From: a virus | Virus record (IMG/VR): IMGVR_UViG_3300028859_000017 | Coordinates: 1 to 64,000 of that record | Length of the DNA: 64,000 nucleotides | Direction: 5' to 3' (one strand) | Shown: piece by piece, positions 1 to 9,774 of the stretch | How the letters are laid out: every line of letters begins with the position of its first letter | Position numbering within the stretch: position 1 is the first letter of the stretch | Made by a program: the position numbers and the translations under genes | Notes under the pieces: model-generated | What the model saw: only the letters and a program-made list of their open reading frames with translations | Database searches by the model: none | What the model was told of the DNA's origin: nothing

Positions 1-463
1 CGTTTATTATATTAGTTGTATCTGATAAATCTCCTGGCAATGTTCCAAGGGGATAAGATAATGTTGAATTAAATCCTACAAGTCCCTGGCCTTGAGAAAT
101 AGTCGTAGAAGCAGCTAATCCAGCAGCACTAGAAATAAGGTCAGTATAACTAACAGAGTTTGAAACTATATCTCTTAACCCTTGAGCAACTGGTCTGACT
201 TCTATTATTGCTCCATTAGCCCATGCTAAAGCTGTAGTATTATCCTGTCCTCTGACTACTGTAAAAGTTAATCCACTAGTTGCTGTTACTTGAACTACTT
301 CCCAATTAGATATATTATCAGTTATAGTCATATAAAAATAATTTCCAGCAGTAGAAATTACTGGAAAATTAGTAGTAGAAGATACTGATAAACTTGTGGC
401 ACTATTTGTTATAGCACCATTTAAAGTTGTGCTAGCATTATTTGAAAAAAGTTGTTGAGCCAT
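1..463 (-). CDS. Tail fibre-like protein, N-terminal part (runs off the window start)
   Basis: Not in the ORF track. ATG at 463 with AAGGA RBS reads MAQQLFSNNASTTLNGAITNSATSLSVSSTTNFPVISTAGNYFY...WEVVQVTATSGLTFTVVRGQDNT...EVRPVAQGLRDI, open to position 1; clear paralogue of 6277..6630. Confidence 0.8.
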   Translation of the reverse strand, partial: MAQQLFSNNASTTLNGAITNSATSLSVSSTTNFPVISTAGNYFYMTITDNISNWEVVQVTATSGLTFTVVRGQDNTTALAWANGAIIEVRPVAQGLRDIVSNSVSYTDLISSAAGLAASTTISQGQGLVGFNSTLSYPLGTLPGDLSDTTNIIN

Positions 464-483
464 CTAATTTAATTTCCTTAGAC

Positions 484-2721
484 TTAATTAACACCAAAGA
501 ACATAGCACGTTGTTGTGGATTCATTACTGTCTTGCCTTGTGAAGATTCTGTAAAAATTAAAGTATTTTCTGAATATCCAGATTCTCCAATTCCACAAGT
601 AGCATTAGAAGTATAATAAAGAGTTTGGGAACTTTCTGCTGATACTCCATGCCCTCCTTGAACAGCATTGGAGATTATAAGATTTTCTACTACATCTCCA
701 ATATAATCTACCACATTTACTATACTTGAGGAAGATATTAATAAAGTATTATTAGAAGTTCCTGATGCCCCTTCATTACCTATTATACTACTAGTAATAT
801 TTAATAAATTATTACTTATAATTATATAATCTATTACATGAGCCTGTGAAGTTGAAGTAAATGAAAGGCTCTGATTACTATTTCCAGTTACTCCATGTGC
901 TCCAATAGCCATAGAAGAATAGTTTAAAATATTACTTGATGTTCCTATTGTATTTATTATATTACCAATAGAATTAGAAGTATATAATAAAGCATTACTA
1001 GAAGTAGCCTTTACTATAAAAGCAGCATAAGCAACTGACGAATAATTTAGAATATTATTAGAAGTTCCTATTTCTCCTTGTGCTCCAATAGCCATAGAAG
1101 AATAAATTAAAGTATTCTGAGAGATTCCTATTATATCTATTATATTACCAATAGAATTTGAAGAATATGATAAAGTATTAGAAGATATTCCTATAAAATC
1201 TATTACATTACCAATAGAAGCAGAAGAATAACTTAATATATTACTTGAAGTTCCTACTGTATTTATTATACTACCAACAGAACTGGAAGTATACAATAAA
1301 TTATTAGTTGATGTTCCTATAAAATCTACTACCTTAACAGAGGAACTTGAAGAATATGATAAAGTATTATTAGATATTCCGATAAAGTCTATTACTGTTC
1401 CAGAACTAGCTGAATTATATGATAGATTATTAGAAGAACTACCTACTATCCCCACTATACCATAAGAATTTGAAGTATAATTTAAAATATTCTGAGAAGT
1501 AGCATAATTAGCTCCAGAAATACCACTAGAGGAAGAAGTATATAATAAGGTATTTGTAGAACTTCCAGAGACAACCAATCCACCAATAGAACTAGAGGAA
1601 TATGATAAAGTATTATTAGAAATACCTACAAAATCTACTACCTTAGCAGAAGAACTAGAAAAATAAGTTAAAATATTATTAGAAGAACCTACTATATCTA
1701 ATACTGTACCACTAGAAGTGGAAGAATAAAGTAAAGTATTCTGAGAGGTTCCTAAGAAATCTACTACATTACTGGTAGAATTAGAAGAGTAAGCTAACGT
1801 ATTATTAGAAATACTAACAAAATTTATTATATTACCAATAGAATTAGAGGAATAACTTAAAGCATTATTAGAGTTTCCTATTATATCTATTATATTTCCA
1901 GAAGCTGTAGAAGTATATAATAAAGTATTACTAGAAGTTCCTGCAGTTATAACTTGTCCAGACGATACTGAGTAGTAAGATAGTAAGTTAGCTGAATTAC
2001 CTATAAAGTCTGTGCTATTACCTACAGAATTTGAAGTATATAATAAATTATTAGTTGATGTTCCTATAAAATCTACTACATTTCCTAAACCATTAGATGT
2101 ATAAGTTAAGGTATTAGTAGAGGTCCCAATAAAATCTGATACAAGTCCGGATGAAGCGGAGGAATATAATAAAGTATTAGAAGAACTACCTACTGTTATT
2201 ACTTCTCCAAGGCTAGAAGAAGAATATAATAAAGTATTATTTGCTGTTCCCGAAGTTACAAGAACTCCATTACTAGTCGAAGTATATAATAAAGTATTAG
2301 CAGAAGTTCCTATAAAGTCTATTATACTACCAGAACTACTAGAAGTATAAAGTAGAGTGTTATTAGAGGTTCCTACAGTATCTATCACATTTACGGAACT
2401 AGAAGAAGTGTATAGCAGAGTATTACTTGAAGTCCCAGTAAAATCTATTACATTTCCAGAACTATTAGAAGTATATAATAAAGTATTATTTGAATTACTG
2501 ATAAAGTCTATTATACTACCAGAACTACTAGATGTATAAGTTAAGGTATTGGTAGAAGTTTCAGAGACAATAGAGGAAGCATTAGAAATACCTCCATTAA
2601 GAGTAAAAGAATTTAAAGGACTTGTATTAATAGCTACGGAATTTGAAGGTGCTTCTGATGTTGAAGCAGTATTGAAAGCTGAAGAATTGAACGCAGAACT
2701 ATTAAAGGAACCAGAAGCCAT
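484..2721 (-). CDS. Ser/Thr/Asn-rich repeat protein (about 21-aa repeats), probable virion fibre or beta-solenoid
   Basis: 745 aa; roughly 30 copies of GTSSNTLLYTSSSSGxVxDF-like units; lies in the fibre gene cluster. Confidence 0.65.
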   Translation of the reverse strand: MASGSFNSSAFNSSAFNTASTSEAPSNSVAINTSPLNSFTLNGGISNASSIVSETSTNTLTYTSSSSGSIIDFISNSNNTLLYTSNSSGNVIDFTGTSSNTLLYTSSSSVNVIDTVGTSNNTLLYTSSSSGSIIDFIGTSANTLLYTSTSNGVLVTSGTANNTLLYSSSSLGEVITVGSSSNTLLYSSASSGLVSDFIGTSTNTLTYTSNGLGNVVDFIGTSTNNLLYTSNSVGNSTDFIGNSANLLSYYSVSSGQVITAGTSSNTLLYTSTASGNIIDIIGNSNNALSYSSNSIGNIINFVSISNNTLAYSSNSTSNVVDFLGTSQNTLLYSSTSSGTVLDIVGSSNNILTYFSSSSAKVVDFVGISNNTLSYSSSSIGGLVVSGSSTNTLLYTSSSSGISGANYATSQNILNYTSNSYGIVGIVGSSSNNLSYNSASSGTVIDFIGISNNTLSYSSSSSVKVVDFIGTSTNNLLYTSSSVGSIINTVGTSSNILSYSSASIGNVIDFIGISSNTLSYSSNSIGNIIDIIGISQNTLIYSSMAIGAQGEIGTSNNILNYSSVAYAAFIVKATSSNALLYTSNSIGNIINTIGTSSNILNYSSMAIGAHGVTGNSNQSLSFTSTSQAHVIDYIIISNNLLNITSSIIGNEGASGTSNNTLLISSSSIVNVVDYIGDVVENLIISNAVQGGHGVSAESSQTLYYTSNATCGIGESGYSENTLIFTESSQGKTVMNPQQRAMFFGVN

Positions 2722-2771
2722 TACAAACCTTTCCTAGTAGTCTACATTCAATTCTATACCATCCCTAAATC

Positions 2772-5651
2772 CTAATAAAATAATAATTGTCTGAAATTTT
2801 CCAAGTTAGTTTCACGATTAATCCAAAGATATCTCAAACCATCCATAGTTGAGAAAATTTCCATTCTATTTCCAAGCAAAGCAGCAGGAGCAGCATAAGG
2901 ATACATACCAGCACCATGTATTGTATTTGTATTTAAATCAATATAATACATTCTTTGAGTGGCTTCTTTTGTAAAATAGATTCTGTTCTGACCATCATAA
3001 GCATACATACTACCAGTAGATAAAGTTTCTGTTTGTGGTGTAGTGGGCATAGCATAAAAAGTATCAGTAGTAATATCTAATTTATCAAAACCAACAGCAC
3101 CACCACCTCTAGCTATAACCCAATATTTTCCTGAGTTTGGAGAAGAACCTGGATAACCAGTTGGAGTGCTTAAACCAAAAATTCCCTGTAAATCTATACC
3201 AGTGCCTCTTGCTGTCTGTTGAAAAATAATATAAGAAGAAGCAGCAGTTGTAGCAGAGGTTCCTAAGGTTCCTACAGTTAAAGCATTGGCCGTATTAGAA
3301 GTTATAGATACTTCTGAAGTAGTTCCTTGTCCTGGGCCGGCTATTATTTTTACTTTTCTACCAGCTAAACCGTTCACAACCCAAGCATAACTTATAGTAG
3401 CTGCTGAAATAACTGCTGTTGAAGCCATGGATAATTGATAAGTTCCAGTGCTTCCTAAAACTCCTCCAGTAGCTGTAGAAGTAAGTTGATTTATAATAAC
3501 TGCCCCAGCTGGAATAGAGGTTCCTGTGATAGATGTGATGCCACCAGAAGATAAATAGCCTGCTGGAGCTGTAGATACTGTTAAGGTAGTACTTCCTGAA
3601 GACATTGAACCTGTAAAAGTTCCTGACTTGTTTGTATCAGTAATTAAAACTGTTGATTGTGTTCCTGTAGCTAATCCATTATCTAACATTCCTGGAGATA
3701 GTCTAGGAGTAATTATATATCTTGATACACCTGTTATGGGAGTTGTTCCAGTAGTTACAAAGGTTAAAGTGGTAGCTGTGTTAGAGGCTATCTGAAAAGC
3801 CTGACCAGTAGCTAACCCTGTAGCGGCTGTTACGGCACTTACAGTAGAATAACAAATATACCCAGCCCATTGGTTTACTATCCAAGCTTTAGTTTCATCA
3901 CACAAAGTACTAGTAGATTGAGAACCAGCTAAAGTGTCAGCAGCAGGAGTTCCAGCCATAGTATAAGTAAATGAAGTAGTAGATGGCACAGTTAAAATAG
4001 TAGCTGTGGTGTTATAGTTGGAATCTGTCATTCCCTTAACTGTTACTGACATTCCAACTTTAAGACAATGAGGAAATGAAGTAGTTATTGTAGCTGTTGT
4101 AGTAGCATGAGTGGCTGACGCAATTCCAATTGGTCTTAAAGAACTATATAGAACCACAGCATTACAGGCTATTCCAGAATCCTGCCATCTTCCAAAGGTA
4201 GGTAAATCATCAGAGTAATTATAAATCATAGCACCAGCAGTTCCGCCAGCCATACAATAAGTTTTCTCACTATCTGGTATAATAGTATATACAGAGGTAG
4301 TGTCAGTGGCTACAGAAAAGGATTTAACTAAGGTTAAAGTGGTAGCTGTGTTAGAGGCTATCTGTGTGAATTGTCCCTTACCAGTACCAAATAAAATCTT
4401 TACCATAAAGTTAGCAAATCTATTTACTGGCCATGCTTTGGAAGAATCTATAATACTTGAAGCCGATCCAGTAGTAACTGTCCCACAATCATACCCCTCA
4501 ATTACATAATTTGTAGTTGTGTCTGGAGCAGTAGTTACAGCAGCAAAAGTTAAAGTAGTGGTAGTGTTAGAGGCTATTTTTGCTATCTGACCCTCACCAG
4601 TTCCACTAAAAAAATAAACCTGATTTCCAACAAATTGATTAATGGCCCAAGTATGAGTAGAATCTATTAAAGTAGTAGTAGTTCCCACTGCGCTACTAGT
4701 TCCTCTTGCCCATACGGTTGCTGCTGAACCAGAGTGGTCCAATGAGCCATCACTAGCTACTCCTGGTAAATTAAGCGTTACAGCAGTTTTTATATACCAA
4801 GTATCAGATACTATATTGTAATATTGAGCTGTGTAGAATGGTTGAGCTGCAGCACTGGAAGCTAAGGATATAACTCCAGATTCTACACGATATTGTGAAG
4901 TAATATCAGGAGTAGTTAACCAATTGCTATCTACAGTAACGACAGATGCTTCAATAGTGTAAATAGACTGTGAACCAGCTGTAGCTACAATAGCTGGAGA
5001 AGTTATATTTGGATTACACCATACATTTTGAGCAGAGAGTGTAGAGTCACCCAAAGTTAATACAGTAGCAGAGTTATAAAGAATTAGTCTAACTTGACCT
5101 ATACCAGTTCCATAACTAATTCTTACCTGGTATCCTGCCCATTGATTTACAGTCCAAGCTTTTGTAGAATCTGTTATAGTTAAGGAGCCTAATACGTTAT
5201 TTACTCCAGTAACTACGCCAGTATCGAAAGTCATAGGTTCTGCTACATCTGTTATGAGCTTTCTCTGTCCCATTCCAGTTCCGCCTATTATTTTAATATC
5301 ATATCCCAATAAAGCTTTTGAAGAATATGCTGGAATAGTTATTGTATTGGATGTAGCAGCTAATACTAAACCCTCTATGGCTTGAGTTTGGTCAAATTCT
5401 ATATCTGCCCAAGTAGCTGGAGCAATTGGAGGAGTTTGTAATTGCTCATATGTATCAGACCATGTATCATACCTCCAAAAGTTAGCAGCTGTTATCAAAA
5501 AATAAAGATATCTACCATGAGTTTGATTATACAAAGAGTTATTAGCACAACAAGTAGCTGAAGGAACTGCTGAGGCAATAGGTGAAAATCGCAACCATTC
5601 CCAAATAGGAATGTCCACCTGTTTACGTAGAGTATTTACTAAACTAGTCAT
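2772..5651 (-). CDS. Virion fibre or receptor-binding-like protein with beta-propeller-like blades and repeated inserted domains
   Basis: 959 aa; repeats DxxKAWxVNQWAG...GTGxGQ...IASNTATTLT; Kelch-like segments (FWRYDTWSDTYEQL, YYNIVSDTW, KLDITTDTF). Confidence 0.55.
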   Translation of the reverse strand: MTSLVNTLRKQVDIPIWEWLRFSPIASAVPSATCCANNSLYNQTHGRYLYFLITAANFWRYDTWSDTYEQLQTPPIAPATWADIEFDQTQAIEGLVLAATSNTITIPAYSSKALLGYDIKIIGGTGMGQRKLITDVAEPMTFDTGVVTGVNNVLGSLTITDSTKAWTVNQWAGYQVRISYGTGIGQVRLILYNSATVLTLGDSTLSAQNVWCNPNITSPAIVATAGSQSIYTIEASVVTVDSNWLTTPDITSQYRVESGVISLASSAAAQPFYTAQYYNIVSDTWYIKTAVTLNLPGVASDGSLDHSGSAATVWARGTSSAVGTTTTLIDSTHTWAINQFVGNQVYFFSGTGEGQIAKIASNTTTTLTFAAVTTAPDTTTNYVIEGYDCGTVTTGSASSIIDSSKAWPVNRFANFMVKILFGTGKGQFTQIASNTATTLTLVKSFSVATDTTSVYTIIPDSEKTYCMAGGTAGAMIYNYSDDLPTFGRWQDSGIACNAVVLYSSLRPIGIASATHATTTATITTSFPHCLKVGMSVTVKGMTDSNYNTTATILTVPSTTSFTYTMAGTPAADTLAGSQSTSTLCDETKAWIVNQWAGYICYSTVSAVTAATGLATGQAFQIASNTATTLTFVTTGTTPITGVSRYIITPRLSPGMLDNGLATGTQSTVLITDTNKSGTFTGSMSSGSTTLTVSTAPAGYLSSGGITSITGTSIPAGAVIINQLTSTATGGVLGSTGTYQLSMASTAVISAATISYAWVVNGLAGRKVKIIAGPGQGTTSEVSITSNTANALTVGTLGTSATTAASSYIIFQQTARGTGIDLQGIFGLSTPTGYPGSSPNSGKYWVIARGGGAVGFDKLDITTDTFYAMPTTPQTETLSTGSMYAYDGQNRIYFTKEATQRMYYIDLNTNTIHGAGMYPYAAPAALLGNRMEIFSTMDGLRYLWINRETNLENFRQLLFY

Positions 5652-5660
5652 TTTTTATCC

Positions 5661-6266
5661 TTAATTTCCAAAAATTAATTGAGAACGTATTCCAGTATTA
5701 TAAGCAGTTCTTGCCATATCTATCATCTGCCACTCAGGGTTTCCTCCTCCAATAGTGGCTACGTTACCTACTGGAACAGCATTTGTAATTGTTGTAATAG
5801 TACCTCCAGTAATTGTGGATACAGTACCTACAGTAGTAATAGTTTGACCAGCAGTAATTGAATCTACTGTAACTCTCTGTCTTTGAGCATTATCTTGAGT
5901 AGATAATGGTTCTAGAAGGTCACACATTTTTTGAAGCAATAAATGTAAATCAGCATCTATGGCGCTTGCTGTATCTAAATGTGTAGTAGTTGGAACATCT
6001 ACATAAATTTGTAATGTGTCTGTAGATGATAAAGCTGAACAATTATAGGCCAATGTTAGAACGTTATTAGAAATATTTCCCTGTAAAGCTACATTAGCAA
6101 AATTATATAAAATAATTCCAGCAGTTGTATCAGTAATTAAAAGAAGTTGTTCATCTGCTAAATTAATAGACAGATTTAAAAAAGTTATTTGATTTGTACT
6201 TGGATTAAATAAATAGTTTCCAAAAGTCATTCCATTTTGAACATCATGGCCTATTAGTATTTTCAT
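5661..6266 (-). CDS. Virion structural or fibre-associated protein
   Basis: 201 aa, beta-rich N-terminus, Thr-rich C-terminus, AGGA RBS, fibre cluster context. Confidence 0.5.
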   Translation of the reverse strand: MKILIGHDVQNGMTFGNYLFNPSTNQITFLNLSINLADEQLLLITDTTAGIILYNFANVALQGNISNNVLTLAYNCSALSSTDTLQIYVDVPTTTHLDTASAIDADLHLLLQKMCDLLEPLSTQDNAQRQRVTVDSITAGQTITTVGTVSTITGGTITTITNAVPVGNVATIGGGNPEWQMIDMARTAYNTGIRSQLIFGN

Positions 6267-6276
6267 TAATAAATCC

Positions 6277-6630
6277 TTAACTTAGTGCTATAGACATTGC
6301 TACACTGTATTGATTAGCTAATATTGTTATATCTCTTAATGCTTGTGCTGTCATACGAACTTCAAATACTGAAGTGGTAGAACCCCATGCTTGAGCAACC
6401 GTGTTATCTTGGGCTCTAACTACAGTAAAAGATGTTCCAGAAGTGGCTGTAACTTTAACTATTTCCCAAATACTTCCTGGGGAACCATTAGCCAAAGTTG
6501 CGTAAAAATAATCACCCACAGTAGATATTACCGGAAAGCTTGAACTACTTGTTATATTTATTGCAGTGTCTCCTATAGCTACGTTAGATGCCAAAGTAGT
6601 AAAAGCATTATCAGTAAAAAGTTGAGCCAC
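6277..6630 (-). CDS. Small fibre N-terminal (attachment-like) domain protein
   Basis: GTG start, 117 aa; EIVKVTA...TVVRAQDNT..AW...EVRMTA motif, paralogous to the gene starting at 463. Confidence 0.65.
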   Translation of the reverse strand: MAQLFTDNAFTTLASNVAIGDTAINITSSSSFPVISTVGDYFYATLANGSPGSIWEIVKVTATSGTSFTVVRAQDNTVAQAWGSTTSVFEVRMTAQALRDITILANQYSVAMSIALS

Positions 6631-6678
6631 ATTAAATCCCTAATATACATTTAATTCTAAATAACCAATAACATAAAA

Positions 6679-6726
6679 ATTCCCCCCATATTCAATTAAG
6701 ACATTTAATTGTGATATGGAGGGAAT
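6679..6726 (-). terminator. Imperfect long hairpin, probable intrinsic terminator
   Basis: attcccccc-atat-tcaattaa...ttaattg-tg-atat-ggagggaat inverted repeat followed by a T-run on the minus strand. Confidence 0.5.
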
Positions 6727-6762
6727 ATTCTAGTTAACAATAGCCCTTAATTAACTCTTACG

Positions 6763-7152
6763 CTACATACTGACCGTAAAGGACGAGATTAAAATTGGTC
6801 CGGAAGAAACTAGGGCTGTAGTGTTAAGTACCATATCAGTTCCTGAAGTTCCTACTGAGCCCTGGCAAATAACTACGGAACCACTAGTGAGTATTCTATA
6901 AAATTGAGCCGTTCCGGTTGCGGTAGCATTTTCTTGTGTGATGGCATTAGCTGTTAAAACTCCTCCTGAAGCAGCTGGAGCAAAAGTAGAAGAACATGGA
7001 AGGGTACCTAATACTGTATTTCCACTTAAAGAAGCATCAGCATTTGTAGGTGCTGTGCCAGAATAGATGATTACATTGGCACCAGAACCAATAGCAGTAG
7101 TAATCTGGTTAAGAAGTGTGTTTTTAGTCGCGGTGGTAATTGTAAAAGTCAT
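6763..7152 (-). CDS. Small virion structural protein
   Basis: 129 aa; IYSGTAPTNAD...GTAQFYRI...QGSVGTSGTDMVL resembles a widespread phage structural family; GAATTAA motif upstream. Confidence 0.6.
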   Translation of the reverse strand: MTFTITTATKNTLLNQITTAIGSGANVIIYSGTAPTNADASLSGNTVLGTLPCSSTFAPAASGGVLTANAITQENATATGTAQFYRILTSGSVVICQGSVGTSGTDMVLNTTALVSSGPILISSFTVSM

Positions 7153-7191
7153 AGTTTATAATCCTTAAAATTAATTCAGTTCTATACTTAA

Positions 7192-7587
7192 TTAATATCC
7201 TCGTGCGTAACCAATAAAATCATATGTGTTTGCTATACTGTCATAAATAAAAATAAATCTATCTAATAAACCAATAGTAGTTGATAAGGTAGGAAATGAA
7301 AAAATATCAGTTCCTAACCTAACTGAGGAATCAAATGATACATTATGAACTATACTATCTGCTTGATATAATGCTAAAGTAATTTGCTGGCCTTCTTTAT
7401 TAGCATTAGAAAAAATTATAACAGTATCTGACATTAAATTTAGTCTAATATAATCAGATATTGAACAATCTACTATAAAGGTAGTAGTAGTTACAGTAAG
7501 TATATTTGAGTCTCTTAATGTACGAATACTTACATCTGTAATTTCGGGTATATTTTCTATGGAGGGTTTAAGTAAAGTAGTTGGCAT
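7192..7587 (-). CDS. Fibre-tip-like beta-sandwich protein
   Basis: 131 aa; GQQITLALYQ...PTLSTTIGLLDRFIFIYD pattern seen in fibre C-terminal domains. Confidence 0.45.
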   Translation of the reverse strand: MPTTLLKPSIENIPEITDVSIRTLRDSNILTVTTTTFIVDCSISDYIRLNLMSDTVIIFSNANKEGQQITLALYQADSIVHNVSFDSSVRLGTDIFSFPTLSTTIGLLDRFIFIYDSIANTYDFIGYARGY

Positions 7588-7589
7588 AA

Positions 7590-9011
7590 TTAGAATAGCT
7601 TCATAGGAGACATGGGATTAAAAATTAAAGAAGTAGTACCTGCCAACACTCTACCAATTATAATAGAGTACTTATCACCAGCTTCTGGACTTGGAACTGT
7701 AGTAGTTATACCGCCAGTTTGAGAGAGATATACATAAGCATCAGTGATCCAGGGGATTGTAGTAACTGTATAGGATATATTAAGATTTCTTCCAGCAGTT
7801 ACATTGGCTCCTGCTACACCCTCCTCTAAGGTTACTCCTACTATACTTGGTAAGATTGAGCTTAAAGAAGTAACTTGATAAGCTTGGTTATTAATTATAG
7901 TAAACACAGAACCTGAAGGCATAGTCTGTGCTAACTTTATAGTAAATGAATTAGTAGTAGCTATTTCCGCCAAATTAGTTAAGGCTACATCTAAAGTATC
8001 TCCAGGGGCTGCTACTCCTGCTATACTATCTGTAGTAATTTGATCAGTAGTATAATCACCAGTAACTGAAGTAACAGCACCAGTTCTACCAAATACACTT
8101 GATACTCCTGAAGTTAACGATGTGCCTAGCAAAGATAGTGCTCCTGTAATTTCTGATTCTGATTCTGTTACTAATGTATTAGAGGAAGTTAAAGATTTAA
8201 TGGTTTGAATTGCTGGTAAACTAGCTTTATTTACAGCAAGAGAAAATGTAGTGTTAAAAACATAAGGCACATTTTTAGGTGGCTGAGTTAGAAATCCCTC
8301 TACTGTTATATTTAAAGTCCCTCTAACTACACGTCTATCTGTTCCTGGTACAAAATTTGATTGGTCATTAAAACTACTCAAAGTCATTCTGGCATAAGGA
8401 ATATAGAATGTTTTTTGAGTCTCATCTTCAAAAGAATATATATCAGTAAGGTAAGAATATGGATTAAAGTCTAATTGAAAGGCAGTTAAAATCTGATAAA
8501 AAGACTCTCTAGTTTCAGTCCATACATCTACTTGAAACATATAATTAGTAGCTCTAGGAGCAGTAGTAATCCAACATTTAGATGGATCATTTTTATCTGG
8601 CTTATAAAAATAACTAACTGATGGATCGATAGACCTCTTATCATCTCTCTCCATTCCAGTCATATAATAAGAGATTACTGGAAGAATTATCCTATCTTTT
8701 ATAGAAGCTTCTTTTTCCGCTCCAGTAATTCCTTTATCAGTGGAAAATGCCAAATTAGGGGCAGCATATCTTATAGGAAAATCTATATAGGCATTTTGCT
8801 TTAAATCAAAAATTTTATTTTTTGTTTCTAAATAAGTCCCAAACTTTGACACATAATGACGAATATCGCCAGCATAAGAGCTCTCAACAGAATTCTGATA
8901 AGAATACAGCATACTCTCTCTATCAGGAGTTACCCTAGTATTCTGATTTGTAGTAGGAGGAAGTTTATTTCCTATCCTATCTTTTATTGGAACTATTTGC
9001 CTATAATACAT
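7590..9011 (-). CDS. Tail terminator/sheath stabiliser (T4 gp15-like) with C-terminal fibre-like extension
   Basis: LPVISYYMTGMERD...NYMFQVDVWTETRESFYQILTAFQLDFNP...RRVVRGTLNITVEGFL, followed by VSSVFGRTGAVT fibre motif. Confidence 0.7.
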   Translation of the reverse strand: MYYRQIVPIKDRIGNKLPPTTNQNTRVTPDRESMLYSYQNSVESSYAGDIRHYVSKFGTYLETKNKIFDLKQNAYIDFPIRYAAPNLAFSTDKGITGAEKEASIKDRIILPVISYYMTGMERDDKRSIDPSVSYFYKPDKNDPSKCWITTAPRATNYMFQVDVWTETRESFYQILTAFQLDFNPYSYLTDIYSFEDETQKTFYIPYARMTLSSFNDQSNFVPGTDRRVVRGTLNITVEGFLTQPPKNVPYVFNTTFSLAVNKASLPAIQTIKSLTSSNTLVTESESEITGALSLLGTSLTSGVSSVFGRTGAVTSVTGDYTTDQITTDSIAGVAAPGDTLDVALTNLAEIATTNSFTIKLAQTMPSGSVFTIINNQAYQVTSLSSILPSIVGVTLEEGVAGANVTAGRNLNISYTVTTIPWITDAYVYLSQTGGITTTVPSPEAGDKYSIIIGRVLAGTTSLIFNPMSPMKLF

Positions 9012-9026
9012 TAAGAATTACCTAAC

Positions 9027-9542
9027 TTAAAAGTAAAGACTCCATGCTACACTTATACTAATAGAACTTGACTTAGTGATAGTAGAAAAACGCTTAATAC
9101 TAAAAGCAGAAGGAGTAGTAGAGTTTAGCATCAAAGCCAATTCATTAATTCCATAACCATTTAAAGCACTAACTTCTGGAATTAAAATAGTATATATTAT
9201 TTTTGGACTAACAGATGCTGAAATAGCATCTATAGCTGAATGGTCTATATTAAAAGTAAAATCAGTACCTAATACTAAATTTGGAATAGCATTTATTACA
9301 GTTAATTCGGTTGGCTGTACTGCTATAACTTGACTTGAGCTTCCCGAGACTGTGCCACCTGTTCCAAACGCAATTGTATTTATAATTGGACATACTCCAC
9401 TTATTAGGCTATTAGCAATATCATTTCTACCATTTAAGACTATTAAATTATGGTCTTTTAACAACATAGTGATATTTCCTGCTCTATCTTTTGAAGTTAT
9501 TGTAAGTTCACCACGAAGGGGTTGAGCATCTGAAAAATTCAT
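9027..9542 (-). CDS. Baseplate/tail-fibre attachment protein
   Basis: HNLIVLNGR...IAFGTGG...INELAL...KRFSTITK...VAWSLYF pattern typical of myovirus fibre-anchoring domains. Confidence 0.6.
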   Translation of the reverse strand: MNFSDAQPLRGELTITSKDRAGNITMLLKDHNLIVLNGRNDIANSLISGVCPIINTIAFGTGGTVSGSSSQVIAVQPTELTVINAIPNLVLGTDFTFNIDHSAIDAISASVSPKIIYTILIPEVSALNGYGINELALMLNSTTPSAFSIKRFSTITKSSSISISVAWSLYF

Positions 9543-9576
9543 ACTATAATCCTTATTATAATTAATTCAAAATAAA

Positions 9577-9729
9577 CTATACCACTAAATTTTCTATATA
9601 AGACTCCAAATTCTTCTCTTCTGTATATAGAATAATTAGTTTTATATTGGTTTTCCTGGCTGCCAAACAAAAACCCTCCTTAGTGAGGGCAAATTGTTGT
9701 AAATCTTTCAACTCATACTTCTTAGACAT
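9577..9729 (-). pseudogene. 50-aa internally deleted mini-copy of the Zn-ribbon-repeat endonuclease family
   Basis: Hand translation MSKKYELKDLQQFALTKEGFCLAARKTNIKLIILYTEEKNLESYIENLVV*; both termini match the full-length copies; AGGAG RBS and sigma28-like promoter retained. Confidence 0.8.
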
Positions 9730-9747
9730 ACCTATCTCCTATAGGTA

Positions 9748-9774
9748 TTATCGGTTATTTTTTGTTACTTTTCA
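9748..9774 (-). promoter_or_regulatory. sigma28-like promoter
   Basis: TGAA-N15-ACCGATAA directly upstream of the mini-ORF RBS. Confidence 0.6.

Noticed and set aside
484-2721. Repetitive DNA that might be a CRISPR array or DGR template/variable repeat
   Set aside because: Repeats are degenerate, codon-phased and inside one ORF; no constant repeat-spacer pattern, no adenine-specific mismatch pattern noticed, and no reverse transcriptase or cas gene in the window
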